A stretch of 64,000 nucleotides of DNA from contig PKTZ01000020.1 in assembly GCA_002868925.1 (NCBI GenBank), positions 3,710 through 67,709 on the forward strand, written 5' to 3'. The position numbers and the translations under genes are program-made. The notes beneath the pieces were generated by a model that saw only the letters and a program-made list of their open reading frames with translations, was not told where the DNA came from and ran no database searches. Every line of letters begins with the position of its first letter. Position 1 is the first letter of the stretch. Origin of the DNA: Desulfuromonas sp. (lineage in GTDB: Bacteria; Desulfobacterota; Desulfuromonadia; Desulfuromonadales; UBA2294). Positions 34,300-47,304 of this stretch are shown piece after piece.

Positions 34300-35148
34300 C
34301 TAGTCGACCTTGACCAGATGGACATCCCGTTGCGGGAAGGGGATGGAGATTCGCGCTTCGGCAAGCGCTTTATGAATCGCCAGATTCACCTGGTAGAGTA
34401 CCTGGAAATATTTTTTGGTCGGGACCCAGTAACGTAGGCCGATATTGATCGATGAATCGGCGAACTCCTCGATGCCGATTAGCGGGGCCGGATCCTGCTT
34501 GATCTCCATGAAATTGGCCAATGTTTGCCGTAATACCGCTATTGCCTGTTCCGGGTCATCCTCGTAAGAAATTCCGACGCTGGTCTCGATAACCCTGTTT
34601 TCAAACGAATTGACAAGAACTTCACCCACGATGTGTTTGTTGGGGATGGTGATCTGCTCGCCATCTTCCGTGTCGAGCAGGGTCGCTGCCAACCGGATTT
34701 CATCGACGACACCACTGACGCCCTGTACCGTGATGGTGTTGCCGACCACGAAGGGCCTGGTCAAAATCAGGGTCAGGCCGGCGCCGTAGTTGGATAAAGG
34801 CCCCGCCAGAGCGAAGCTGCTGCCGAAGGCCAGAGCACCGAGAGCGGCGATGAAGGGGGCTATGGAAATACCGAACTTGCCGATGGCGATAATGATGACA
34901 AACATCATGATCAGCAGCTTGACGCTGCTGGCGAGGAATTTCGATAAAGTGATATCGATATCGCGCTTCTCGCAGACCCGTAACACCATTTGTGACAGCC
35001 ATCCGGAAAGCTTGAGGCCGATGATAAGGATGACCAGCGCACCGACGATCTGGAAGCTGTACTGGATACAGAACTCGACAACGACGTCAATAATTTTCTG
35101 TAACATCTGGAGTTCTTCGCCGATCAACGCATTGCTTTCAGGATTCAT
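34300..35148 (-). CDS. MscS-family mechanosensitive channel
   Basis: Three TM helices, then the conserved pore/beta domain (LSNYGAGLTLILTRPFVVGNTITVQGVSGVVDEIRLAATLLDTEDGEQITIPN). Confidence 0.9.
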   Translation of the reverse strand: MNPESNALIGEELQMLQKIIDVVVEFCIQYSFQIVGALVILIIGLKLSGWLSQMVLRVCEKRDIDITLSKFLASSVKLLIMMFVIIIAIGKFGISIAPFIAALGALAFGSSFALAGPLSNYGAGLTLILTRPFVVGNTITVQGVSGVVDEIRLAATLLDTEDGEQITIPNKHIVGEVLVNSFENRVIETSVGISYEDDPEQAIAVLRQTLANFMEIKQDPAPLIGIEEFADSSINIGLRYWVPTKKYFQVLYQVNLAIHKALAEARISIPFPQRDVHLVKVD

Positions 35149-35256
35149 TGGAGTGCCTCCCGTTTTAGTAAGGATTCAATCTATTGAAATTTGCTGTCCC
35201 GGAGAGACTGCTTAAAAGCATTTTAGCGTGAATCACTGTGAATACCATGCTTTTCC

Positions 35257-35295
35257 CAAACAAAAACGCCTGCGGACCATAGGTGGCTGCAGGCG
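35257..35295 (-). terminator. Rho-independent terminator downstream of phnA/yjdM
   Basis: Minus-strand CGCCTGC...GCAGGCG stem followed by TTTTTGTTT. Confidence 0.65.
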
Positions 35296-35340
35296 CTTGT
35301 CGACAAAAAGGTTGCAGGAAGTCGAATCGATTGAGGCAGC

Positions 35341-35682
35341 TCAGGCCTTTTTCACGAATTCCGATTTCAGTTTCATCGCGCCGAAACCGTCAATTTTGCA
35401 GTCGATGTCGTGATCACCCTCGACCAGGCGGATATTACGCACCTTGGTCCCTACCTTGACCGATGACGAGGCTCCCTTGACCTTGAGGTCCTTGATCACG
35501 GTAACGGTATCGCCGTCGGCGAGCAGGTTGCCGTTGGCATCACGAACGACCAGGCCGTCCTCCTCGGGCTCGGAGGGTTCGGCTGTACTCCACTCGTGGG
35601 CACACTCGGGGCAGACGAACAGGCCACGGTCTTCATATGTGTATTCGGAATTGCACTCGGGACAGTTGGGTAGATCACTCAT
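35341..35682 (-). CDS. phnA: PhnA/YjdM zinc-ribbon protein
   Basis: [28 protein letters not shown] zinc ribbon. C-terminal [49 protein letters not shown]. Confidence 0.9.
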   Translation of the reverse strand: MSDLPNCPECNSEYTYEDRGLFVCPECAHEWSTAEPSEPEEDGLVVRDANGNLLADGDTVTVIKDLKVKGASSSVKVGTKVRNIRLVEGDHDIDCKIDGFGAMKLKSEFVKKA

Positions 35683-35714
35683 TTTATACTCCGGTTTAAA
35701 GGATTGCAGGTAAA

Positions 35715-36680
35715 TTACTGTTTGGTATCGGTTTTTTGGTTGTTTGTGTCGTCATCTTCATTCGGCATGCGCATCTTTTCGGAGCTGCAGTTCTCTTTTC
35801 CCGGACAGTCGCCGCGCATACAGGGCTCAAGGTGGATGGTGATGTCTGAACCGGTGATCTCTGCCTTGATTTTGTTTTCGAGTTCGTCGGCGATCTCGTG
35901 GGCGTCCTCGAGCGACATGTGACGGCAGACGATCATCTCCAGGTCCATGAATTTCTGCGAGCCGGCCCGGCGGGTGCGCAGGTTACGGTAATCGACCAGG
36001 TTTTCACGGAAGTCATCGAGCAGGCGATTGACGTTGTCCAGTACTGCCGGCGGGAGTTCGGCGTCGAGAACGTCGCGCATGCCGTGCCGGACCAGCTTGA
36101 ATGCCTCGACGATGATGTAACCGCCGACCAGGATCGACAGGATCGGGTCGATGTGGGTCAGCCCGGTAAATTGTATGATCAGCAAGCCGCCGGCGAGGGC
36201 GGCGTTGGTATAGACGTCCATTGAAAAGTGGAGTGAATCGGCTTCGAGGGCCGAGGAGTCGGTTTGTTTTGCGATCATCCGCAGGTAGCGACTGATCGCG
36301 AACGAGGCGAAAATGCTAATGACCAGGACTACGACGCCTCCCTCAATTGACCGTAGTTCGCTCCCCTGGATTAACCTGCGGGCCGCCTCGAAGATGATCC
36401 AGCTGCCGGAGATGGCGATGACGAACGCCTGGATCAGGGTGGCGAGCGTCTCGTACTTGCCGTGGCCGAAGGGGTGGCATTCGTCGGCCGGCTCTTCCGC
36501 CTTCTTGATGGCGTAGAAGTTGATGCTCGACATCAGGATGTCGAGAACCGAATCGACCGCCGAGGCAAGCACCGCCATCGAGCCGGTGGTGATGCCGGTG
36601 ACCAGCTTGATCAGGGTGAGCAGGCTTGCGGTGACGACCGAGAGCCGGGCGGCCCGGATTTTTTTCAGGGAGTTGCTCAT
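35715..36680 (-). CDS. Cation diffusion facilitator (CDF) metal efflux transporter with Cys-rich C-terminal tail
   Basis: Likely start MSNSLKK (36680), just after the upstream gene stop. Six TM helices, HFSMD and ILMSSINF motifs, cytoplasmic domain, tail [14 protein letters not shown]. Confidence 0.85.
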   Translation of the reverse strand: MSNSLKKIRAARLSVVTASLLTLIKLVTGITTGSMAVLASAVDSVLDILMSSINFYAIKKAEEPADECHPFGHGKYETLATLIQAFVIAISGSWIIFEAARRLIQGSELRSIEGGVVVLVISIFASFAISRYLRMIAKQTDSSALEADSLHFSMDVYTNAALAGGLLIIQFTGLTHIDPILSILVGGYIIVEAFKLVRHGMRDVLDAELPPAVLDNVNRLLDDFRENLVDYRNLRTRRAGSQKFMDLEMIVCRHMSLEDAHEIADELENKIKAEITGSDITIHLEPCMRGDCPGKENCSSEKMRMPNEDDDTNNQKTDTKQ

Positions 36681-36690
36681 CGACGAAGAT

Positions 36691-37176
36691 TCACGTGACC
36701 GGGCAGGCGTCGTTCCAGGCGATGAAGCCGTCGCCGCTGATATCATGGAACGCCTCGATCCGCTCGGTGTAGTAGTCGGTCGCCAGGCAATGGGCGCCGA
36801 TCTCGCTGTTGGCAGCTCGATCGATCAGATTCAGACCAGCGCAGAACTCGTAGAAGGCGGCAACCCCGGCGAGGATGTCGCCGAGCTCGGCCAGGTTCGG
36901 CTCCATGTTGGAAAGGATGTACCAGTTGCCGCCGAACTGCCTGACCCGTTCCGGCGTGATTTGGAAGATATTTTCCCGCCGGTCGGCGATGATGAAGTCG
37001 CGCAGGAAGTAGTCGGCGCCCCGCGCCCTGCTGCCTGCATCGAGCGGTTCTAGACCTCTTTCATCGAGCAGGTGTTTATAAAATGCGCCCAGAAATTCAA
37101 CGCAGAGTTTGTCGACCTTGATCTCATCGTCGAGGCTGGCAATGGTGAAGTCGTCGATATTTGCTTTTTCTTCCAT
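36691..37176 (-). CDS. Hypothetical protein (161 aa), no family recognised
   Basis: Long ORF with normal composition, tightly packed upstream of the CDF gene on the same strand. Confidence 0.55.
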   Translation of the reverse strand: MEEKANIDDFTIASLDDEIKVDKLCVEFLGAFYKHLLDERGLEPLDAGSRARGADYFLRDFIIADRRENIFQITPERVRQFGGNWYILSNMEPNLAELGDILAGVAAFYEFCAGLNLIDRAANSEIGAHCLATDYYTERIEAFHDISGDGFIAWNDACPVT

Positions 37177-37228
37177 CTTTATGAAATTCCTTGAAATTTA
37201 TGAGTATTTAAACCGGGATAAAGCTTGC

Positions 37229-37470
37229 CCACCAAGGCACCAAAAGCAAAGAAATTCAAAATCTGTTTTTAACGCAAAGACGCGGAGCCGCAGAGAGAAT
37301 CAAAAACGCTTTTTAAGGTTTAAAATCAAAAACTTAAAACAATCAAGGCTTTGGTTTTACCCCACACTAAAATGATCTTGCTTTTTTTCGGTTGTCGACT
37401 TTCTTCGCGTCTTTGCGTGAGAAAAGTCTTTAAGGATCAGCCTTTCTTGGTGCTCTTCGTGTCTTGGTGG
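37229..37470. repeat. Structured intergenic repeat element, copy A (inverted arms of CTTNGYG-type heptamers around an AT-rich core)
   Basis: CCACCAAGGCACCAA (37229..) pairs with TTGGTGCTCTTCGTGTCTTGGTGG (..37470). AACGCAAAGACGCG pairs with CGCGTCTTTGCGT. The core T7-GGTTGTCGA-CTTTCTTCGCGTCTTTGCGTGA is shared with 59031..59230. Confidence 0.7.
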
Positions 37471-37703
37471 CGATAAGTCTTTGAGCAGCTTGTATAGATG
37501 AAAAATTACGGGTTGCGAATTATGTATCACTGCTCCCGCTACCGGTCAAGGCTGAAGCCGGTTTTTTCATGAAAAACGGCCTTGCAATCTGTTTACTTTA
37601 CAGTGGCGCTTTGTTAACATAATCGCGCCTGGCGGCACGTACTTTTGGTCCGTGATTTTCTGCCAGAACGAACGCCGCAAGGTCTGCAAGAGGTTTTGTT
37701 CCG

Positions 37704-40318
<2,615 letters not shown>

Positions 40319-40322
<4 letters not shown>

Positions 40323-42022
40323 TGAAACGCTGCCTTATTTTTATGCTGATTCTGCTGCTGCCTGCCCTGGTATGGGCAGACGCTTCCGAGCGTGCCTACG
40401 GTGCGGCCCGCGACAGCTATTACAAATTGAAGAAATCGCAAAAAGAGCGGCTCTACCGCCACAACTGGGAAAAGGTGGTCGACCAGTTCGAGCGGGTGCA
40501 GAACAACTATGCGCAGGGCGAGAAGGGGGACGATGCCCTCTTCATGGCGGCGAAGACGACCTACGAACTCTATGCCGTCTCCGGTTTGAAGGATGATGCC
40601 GCCGGCGCGGCCTCCATCTTCGACCGGGTGCCGGAACTCTACCCGGAGAGCAGCCTGGCCGACGACGCTCTCGAATTTTCGGCAAAAATCCACGAGACGG
40701 TGCTCGATGATCTGGAGGGGGCGTATGCCCGCTACCGGAGGATCGTGACCATCTACCCGCAGGGCGACATGGTGCGCCAGGCCAAGAGTAAAACAGCCGC
40801 TCTTGCCCGCTATGCACCGGACCGGATCGTTAGCAAGCCGCCGCCGTCGTCGAAAAAAGACGGTCGAACCAGCCTCGATACTATCCGCTTCTGGTCGAAC
40901 CCCGGCTATACCCGCGTCGTGCTCGAGGTCGGTAGCGTAACCGAATTTACATCGAACTTTCTCAAGGGTGACCCGGCCAAGGGCGAAGCGTCTCGGATCT
41001 ACGTCGATCTGGCCGGTACCGTGCCGGCCGAAAAACTCGATTCGAGCCGCGATGTCAACGATGGCCTGCTCACCCGGATCAGGGCTGGGCAACCGGACAG
41101 CGAGACGACCCGGGTGGTGCTCGACCTGGAGAGTTTCGGCGACTACAAGGTCTTCCCGCTTGCTGAACCGGCCCGTATCGTGATCGACGTCCATGGCGCA
41201 AAACAGGCCGAACTGTCGGCCACAGAAGAACAGCTGACGGCGGCTCCGTCCGGAGATGACGATATCGCCGGGCTGCTCAGTTCGGCCCCGAAGGAGCGTC
41301 CGCTCAAGGTTCATATCCCGGAGAGTCGGCCCGGCCGAGGATTACGACGGATCGTGGTCGATGCCGGACACGGCGGCAAGGATCCGGGGGCGGTCGGGCC
41401 GGGCGGGACCCGGGAAAAAGATGTGACCCTGGCGATGGCGAAGGCTCTCGGCCGCGAGCTGGAGAGTCAGCTGGGGTGTGAGGTTATACTGACCCGCAGC
41501 GGCGATACCTTTCTCGAGCTGCCGGAGCGGACAGCGATCGCCAACAAGGTCGGGGCCGACCTTTTTATCTCAATTCACGCCAACGCCAACAAGAATCGTA
41601 GTGCCCGTGGCATCGAAACCTATTATCTCAACTTTTCAAAGAGTGACGACGCGCTCGAAGTTGTTGCCCGTGAGAACAAAACCTCGCTCGAACAGGTCGG
41701 CGATCTGGAGCTGATCCTGCTCGACCTGCTGGCCAACTCGAAGATCAACGAGTCGAGCCGGCTGGCAGCCGAAATACAGAAATCGATGACCGGCCAGCTC
41801 CGGAAACATTACAAGGTCAAGGATCTCGGCGTCCGCCAGGGACCGTTTTACGTTCTGCTCGGCGCGACCATGCCGTCGGTACTGGTCGAGACCGCCTTTA
41901 TCAGTAACCGGACCGAAGAGAAGCTGCTGGTCAATCGCAAATACCAGCAGCGCACCGCCTCGGCCATCGTCGGCGGTGTCCGCAAGTATGCTACCGCCCT
42001 TAAACTTCTGGCCTCCCAATGA
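40319..42022 (+). CDS. N-acetylmuramoyl-L-alanine amidase (Amidase_3) with N-terminal YbgF/TPR-like and AMIN domains
   Basis: Signal peptide. AMIN-like [16 protein letters not shown] and [11 protein letters not shown]. Catalytic [15 protein letters not shown]...FISIHANA. Confidence 0.9.
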
Positions 42023-44739
42023 AAAAAGACAACATCCAGGATATCGACAGCTTTCTACCGGTCGAATTGATTACCGACAGCAGTATCCCGTTCGATGAGC
42101 GGCGCGAACGTTTGTGTGACGGCGCCCGTCAACTCCTCGAAAAATCACGCCAGGACCTGTTCGCCCGACACCGGGCCGGAGCCTCCGGAACCGAGATCGT
42201 CCGGCTCTACACCACCCTGATCGATGCGCTGGTCTGTTCCCTGTTCAAGGCAGCGACCGTCGGTGCTGACGGGGCGGCCCTGGCTGACCTCTCTCTGATC
42301 GCCATCGGCGGTTACGGCCGCGGTGAACTCAACCCCCGTTCCGATATCGACATCATGTTTTACTGCGGTGCCGGTGATGTCACCAAGCTCAAGGACACGA
42401 CCGAACGGATGCTCTATATGTTGTGGGACCTTGGGCTCGATGTCGGCTACAGTGTCCGCTCGACCCGCGATTGCCTCGACATGGCTCAGCAGGACATCAC
42501 CGCCCAGACCGCGCTGCTCGATTCCCGCTTCCTGATCGGTAACCGAGAACTTTACAAGGAGTATGAAAAGGCGGTGCTCAAAGAGGTTCTGGGCAAGAAC
42601 AGCCAGGCTTTTATCAAGTACAAGCTCGAAGAGAACGAGTCACGCAGGGCAAAATACGGATCGACCGTCTACCTGCTCGAACCGAACATCAAGGAGGGGG
42701 AAGGGGGCTTGCGTGACCTGCACGCCGCCCTCTGGATCATGCGGGTCAAGTTCAAGGCGATGTCGTTGCGGGGCCTGGTCAAAAAAGGGGTTGTCACTGA
42801 ACATGAGGAAGCCGCCTTCAATACGGCGCTCGATTACCTCTGGCGCGTGCGCAACGAGCTCCATTTTATCTCGCCGCGCAAGAACGAGCAGATCAATTTC
42901 GACCACCAGGAGAAGATCGCCCATTTCCTCGGCTACCGTGACACCAAGAAGGCGCCGGCGGTCGAGCTCTTTATGCAGGATTACTATTTCCAGGCGACCC
43001 AGATCGAACATCTCGCCTCGACCCTTATTTCACGAGCAACGGTCAAGGACGAACGGCAGCCGAAGTTTCTCGGGGTTTTGGGGAAACGGCAGCTCGACGA
43101 AAACTTCTATACCCTGAAGGGTGAACTGCGGCTAAAGAAGACCGTGGAGATTTTCGAAGAGAAGCCTGAGTTGATGATGCAGGCCTTCCTCCACGCACAC
43201 CAGCAGCACGTCGAGCTCAGCTTCCGCCTCAAGGGGTTGATCCGGGACAACCTGCACCGGATCAACAACCAGGTGCGCCGCTCACGGATGATGGCGGGCG
43301 GTTTTCTCGAAATTCTGCGGACGATGCGCCCCGATTCAACCGTGCTGCGTGACATGCACCACCTCGAGTTCCTCAATGCCTTCATGCCGGAGTTCCGCCG
43401 GATCTACTGCAAGGTCCAGCACGACGTTTACCATATCTACACCGTCGACATGCACTCGATCCTGGCGGTCGAGGAGATTGCCAAGCTCTGGGACGGCGTC
43501 TACAAGGAGCGTAAACCGTTGTTGACCCGGCTCGCCAACGATATAGAAAAGCGGGAACTGCTGCAGCTCGCCGTGCTGCTGCACGATATCGGCAAGGGAG
43601 AGGGGAAGGATCACGCCAACAAGGGTGGTAGCATGATTCCGACTATTTCCCGCCGACTCGGCTTGAAGAAGGAAGACAGCCAGCGTCTCGAATTCCTGGT
43701 TCGTCACCACCTCGACATGGCCCATATCTCCCAGCGCCGCGACCTGCACGACGACAAGCTGATCGACCAGTTCGCGACCACGATGGGGATGACCGAATCG
43801 CTGAAAATGCTCTACCTGCTGACTTTCGCCGATATCAAGGCGGTCGGACCCGAGGTCTGGACCGAGTGGAAAGGTTTTCTGCTGCAGGAGCTCTACGAGA
43901 AGAGTTACGACGTGCTCGAGCGGGGCAACTTCCGTTTCGACAGCCGCTCCGAGCGGGTGCGCAACCGCAAGCGCAAGGTCGTGGCCAACCTCAAGGAAGA
44001 GTTTGGTGAGCGCCGGGTCAAGGCCGCCCTGAAGACGATGAGCAACCGCTACCTGTTCTCGCACCGTTCGCCCGAAATTACTGACCATGTCCGGCTCAGT
44101 TTCAGCCGTGGCGACCAGACCCTGGTGCTCCGGGTCGATCACGAAACCGAAGCCGATTACTCCCAGGTTTACCTCTCCACTCTCGACGTGCCGGGGTTGT
44201 TCTCAATGATCACCGGGGTGATGGCAGCCAACGGCGTTAATATCCTCGGCGCCCAGATCTACACCCGGAGCAACGGTGAGGCGCTCGATATTCTGCAGGT
44301 GCGCAGCTCGGCCGGGACGATTATCGATAACCCGAAGAAGTGGGAAAAGGTCGAAGCCGATCTCAATGCCGTTCTCGAAGGACGCAAGCAAGTCGGGAAG
44401 ATGGTCGCCAAGCGGCACAGTGGTTCCGGTCTGCTTCCGGAGAAGCCGACACCCCGCTTCGCCAACCGGGTTGAAATTGATAACGTCGTTTCCGACCAGT
44501 ACACGGTTCTCGATATCTATGCCGTGGATCGGGTTGGTTTGCTCTACGACATCTCCCGGACCCTGACCGACCTCGGCCTCTATATCGGGGTCTCCAAGAT
44601 CTCGACCAAGGTCGACCAGGCAGCCGACACCTTCTACGTGCAGGATATCTTCGGACAGAAGGTCCTCGATGTTGAGAAGATCGAAGAGGTCAAATCGACC
44701 CTGTTGGCGACGTTGTCTGAAAAGGTCAGTGACGACTAA
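42019..44739 (+). CDS. glnD: [Protein-PII] uridylyltransferase/uridylyl-removing enzyme
   Basis: 906 aa. NTase motif GGYGRGELNPRSDIDIMF, HD domain LLHDIGKG, two C-terminal ACT domains. Confidence 0.93.
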   Translation: MKKDNIQDIDSFLPVELITDSSIPFDERRERLCDGARQLLEKSRQDLFARHRAGASGTEIVRLYTTLIDALVCSLFKAATVGADGAALADLSLIAIGGYGRGELNPRSDIDIMFYCGAGDVTKLKDTTERMLYMLWDLGLDVGYSVRSTRDCLDMAQQDITAQTALLDSRFLIGNRELYKEYEKAVLKEVLGKNSQAFIKYKLEENESRRAKYGSTVYLLEPNIKEGEGGLRDLHAALWIMRVKFKAMSLRGLVKKGVVTEHEEAAFNTALDYLWRVRNELHFISPRKNEQINFDHQEKIAHFLGYRDTKKAPAVELFMQDYYFQATQIEHLASTLISRATVKDERQPKFLGVLGKRQLDENFYTLKGELRLKKTVEIFEEKPELMMQAFLHAHQQHVELSFRLKGLIRDNLHRINNQVRRSRMMAGGFLEILRTMRPDSTVLRDMHHLEFLNAFMPEFRRIYCKVQHDVYHIYTVDMHSILAVEEIAKLWDGVYKERKPLLTRLANDIEKRELLQLAVLLHDIGKGEGKDHANKGGSMIPTISRRLGLKKEDSQRLEFLVRHHLDMAHISQRRDLHDDKLIDQFATTMGMTESLKMLYLLTFADIKAVGPEVWTEWKGFLLQELYEKSYDVLERGNFRFDSRSERVRNRKRKVVANLKEEFGERRVKAALKTMSNRYLFSHRSPEITDHVRLSFSRGDQTLVLRVDHETEADYSQVYLSTLDVPGLFSMITGVMAANGVNILGAQIYTRSNGEALDILQVRSSAGTIIDNPKKWEKVEADLNAVLEGRKQVGKMVAKRHSGSGLLPEKPTPRFANRVEIDNVVSDQYTVLDIYAVDRVGLLYDISRTLTDLGLYIGVSKISTKVDQAADTFYVQDIFGQKVLDVEKIEEVKSTLLATLSEKVSDD

Positions 44740-44762
44740 AAATAACTGTTCCGCAGGTAGTT

Positions 44763-45650
44763 ATGGATCAATATCTCGATCTGTTTCTTAACTTTCTAGT
44801 GGTCGAACGCGGTCTTTCGGCCAACACCCTTGACGCCTATGGCCGCGACCTGTCGCGTTATCTCGATTTCCTGCAACGGCAGAAGGTTGAGCGGCCGGAC
44901 GATGTCTCCCCGGCGGTCGTACTCCGTTTCCTGTCCGACCTGAAAAAACAGGGGCTTTCACCGCGTAGCCGGGCCCGGGCGCTGGTCTCCCTGCGGATGT
45001 TTCACAAGTTTTTACATTCCGAAGAGCTTGCCTCTGCTAACCCGGCGGACCGGGTCGAAGCGCCGAAAAATATCAAGTCATTGCCGCATACGCTGTCGCC
45101 GGGCGAGGTCGAACGGCTTTTGGCAGCACCAAAGGGGGATGATTTTCTCGCCTGCCGTGACCGGGCGATGCTCGAAGTCCTCTACGCCACCGGCCTGCGT
45201 GTTTCGGAGCTGATCGGGATCAAGCTCTCCGATCTGCAACTCGATGTCGGCTACCTGGTCGCCTTCGGCAAGCGGAGCAAGCAAAGGATCGTTCCGATCG
45301 GCGAGGTGGCGGTCGAGGCGCTGCGTGAATACCTGAAGACGTCGCGCTCCGTTCTGGCCAAAGACCTGGGGAGTCCGCAGGTTTTTCTCAATCGTTCCGG
45401 TCGGGGGTTGACACGTCAGGGCTTCTGGAAGATTATTAAGCGCCGCGCCGTTCAGGCCGGGATTGCGAAGAACATTACGCCGCACACCCTGCGCCATTCT
45501 TTTGCGACCCACCTGCTCGATAACGGCGCCGATCTGCGTTCGGTGCAGACGATGCTTGGACATGCCGATATCTCGACCACGCAGATTTATACCCATGTAA
45601 CCCGGGAAAGGCTGAAGAAGATTCACGGCCTGCACCACCCGCGTAGTTAA
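44763..45650 (+). CDS. xerD: Tyrosine recombinase XerD
   Basis: 295 aa. ERGLSANTLDAYGRDL, ATGLRVSEL, HTLRHSFATHLLDNGADLRSVQTMLGHADISTTQIYTHV. Confidence 0.9.
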   Translation: MDQYLDLFLNFLVVERGLSANTLDAYGRDLSRYLDFLQRQKVERPDDVSPAVVLRFLSDLKKQGLSPRSRARALVSLRMFHKFLHSEELASANPADRVEAPKNIKSLPHTLSPGEVERLLAAPKGDDFLACRDRAMLEVLYATGLRVSELIGIKLSDLQLDVGYLVAFGKRSKQRIVPIGEVAVEALREYLKTSRSVLAKDLGSPQVFLNRSGRGLTRQGFWKIIKRRAVQAGIAKNITPHTLRHSFATHLLDNGADLRSVQTMLGHADISTTQIYTHVTRERLKKIHGLHHPRS

Positions 45651-45672
45651 CTGTTTTGATTGGAGTTTTTGT

Positions 45673-46881
45673 ATGAAGTATGTCGTTTTACTTGGCGATG
45701 GTATGTCGGACGAACCGATCGAGGAGCTCGATGGGCTGACCCCGCTCGAGAAGGCCGCAACCCCGAATATGGACCGCCTGGCGAAAGAAGGGGAGTGTGG
45801 ACTCGCCCGGACCGTTCTTGACGGGTTTCACCCCGGCAGCGATGTCGCCAATCTTTCGGTTTTCGGCTACGACGCGGCGCAGTGCTACAGCGGTCGCTCC
45901 CCCCTCGAAGCGGCGAGCATGGGAGTCGACCTCGGCCCGAATGATGTCGCCTTCCGTCTCAACCTGGTGACCCTGACCCCGAACTACGGCAAACTCTACA
46001 TGGAGGATTTCTCGGCCGGTCACATCTCCACCGAAGAGGCGGCCGAGTTGATCGCGACTTTGCAGGAGGAACTCGGCGGGGACGAGTTCCAGTTCTACCC
46101 GGGGGTGTCGTATCGCCACCTCATGGTCTGGAAGAACGGCAAGGATCAGCTCAAGTTCGTGCCGCCGCACGATATCAGCGACCAGACGGTCGATGATCAC
46201 ATGCCGCAGGGTGACGGCGCCGAGGAGTTGATCCATCTGATGACTTCGGCACAGATGCTGTTCTGCCATCACCCGGTTAATACTGAACGGGAAAAAGCCG
46301 GCAAGCTGCCGGCCAGTTCGATCTGGCTCTGGGGACATGGCCGGGCGCCGCAGATGGAGAGCATGCAGCAGCGCTTCGGAATCGATGGCGGTGCCGTCAT
46401 CTCGGCGGTCGACCTGATCAAGGGGATCGGGATCTACGCCGGGCTCGATGTTATCGAGGTGCCGGGCGCGACCGGTTATATTGATACCAACTACCGGGGC
46501 AAGGCGGAGGCGGCGATCGAGGCGCTCAAGACCCGCGATTTCGTTTACCTGCATGTCGAAGCCCCGGACGAGGCGGCGCACAGCGGCAGCCTCGAAGACA
46601 AAATGACCGCGATCGAATCATTCGACCGCGAAGTGGTCGGCCCGGTGCTCGAGGGATTGTCGCAGTACGGCGATTTCCGGTTGATGGTCCTGCCTGACCA
46701 CCCGACCCCGGTCGAGAAGAAGACTCACACCTCCGACCCGGTCCCGTTCGCCCTGTACGGTTCGAATGGTGAATTCAAGAATGCCGCTCCGGTTGCCGGT
46801 TACAGTGAAAAAGAGGCGGAAGCGAGCGGCGTTCTGGTCGATCCCGGTTTCAGGTTGATGGCCCGCCTGACCGGAGAGTAA
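45673..46881 (+). CDS. apgM: Cofactor-independent phosphoglycerate mutase, archaeal ApgM type (family also proposed as an alternative homoserine kinase)
   Basis: MKYVVLLGDGMSDEP...TPLEKAATPNMDRLAKEG, HVEAPDEAAHSG, VLPDHPTP. Confidence 0.85.
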   Translation: MKYVVLLGDGMSDEPIEELDGLTPLEKAATPNMDRLAKEGECGLARTVLDGFHPGSDVANLSVFGYDAAQCYSGRSPLEAASMGVDLGPNDVAFRLNLVTLTPNYGKLYMEDFSAGHISTEEAAELIATLQEELGGDEFQFYPGVSYRHLMVWKNGKDQLKFVPPHDISDQTVDDHMPQGDGAEELIHLMTSAQMLFCHHPVNTEREKAGKLPASSIWLWGHGRAPQMESMQQRFGIDGGAVISAVDLIKGIGIYAGLDVIEVPGATGYIDTNYRGKAEAAIEALKTRDFVYLHVEAPDEAAHSGSLEDKMTAIESFDREVVGPVLEGLSQYGDFRLMVLPDHPTPVEKKTHTSDPVPFALYGSNGEFKNAAPVAGYSEKEAEASGVLVDPGFRLMARLTGE

Positions 46882-46884
46882 GAG

Positions 46885-47304
46885 ATGCGCCGGGTCGATT
46901 TCATCAAGCTTGAGAAGCCGGAGAAGGCCCGTTTTTTGTGCGAGCTCTCCGAGCAGTACCTGGCAGCCGGTAAGCGGGTGTTGATCGTTGTCCAGGACGA
47001 CAACCAGGGGGTAACGCTCGACCGTTTCATGTGGACCTGGAACCGTACCGCTTTTCTGCCGCACGCCTACGACAACGGCGCGGTCGAGTGTATCGATGAA
47101 CCGGTGGTGATCACCATGGTCGAAGAGAACCCGAACGGCGCCTCGATTCTGATCATGGCTAAACCGTGCAGCGTCGAGTTCATGCGCCGGTTCGAGTCAA
47201 TAATCGATTTTGCCGAACTCTATGCCGACGACCTGGCAGATGCGTCGCGGACCCGTTTTGCAGCTTACCGGGAGGCCGGCTTTGAAACTCGTCTTCGTCA
47301 ATGA
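46885..47304 (+). CDS. holC: DNA polymerase III subunit chi
   Basis: 139 aa. VDFIKLEKPEKARFLCELSEQYLAAGKRVLIVVQDDNQGVTLDRFMWTW resembles the HolC N-terminus. Confidence 0.7.
   Translation: MRRVDFIKLEKPEKARFLCELSEQYLAAGKRVLIVVQDDNQGVTLDRFMWTWNRTAFLPHAYDNGAVECIDEPVVITMVEENPNGASILIMAKPCSVEFMRRFESIIDFAELYADDLADASRTRFAAYREAGFETRLRQ

Noticed and set aside
37109-37375. 88-aa ORF (and 58880..59263 +, 58996..59511 -) inside the intergenic repeat elements
   Set aside because: The translations are low-complexity Lys/Arg/Phe-rich and lack an RBS. Their sequence is explained by the inverted-repeat element shared by both loci.
44763-45650. Tyrosine recombinase as a marker of an integrated mobile element
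   Set aside because: The sequence and length fit chromosomal XerD. It is embedded among housekeeping genes (glnD, apgM, holC), with no flanking direct repeats, tRNA target or phage/plasmid genes.
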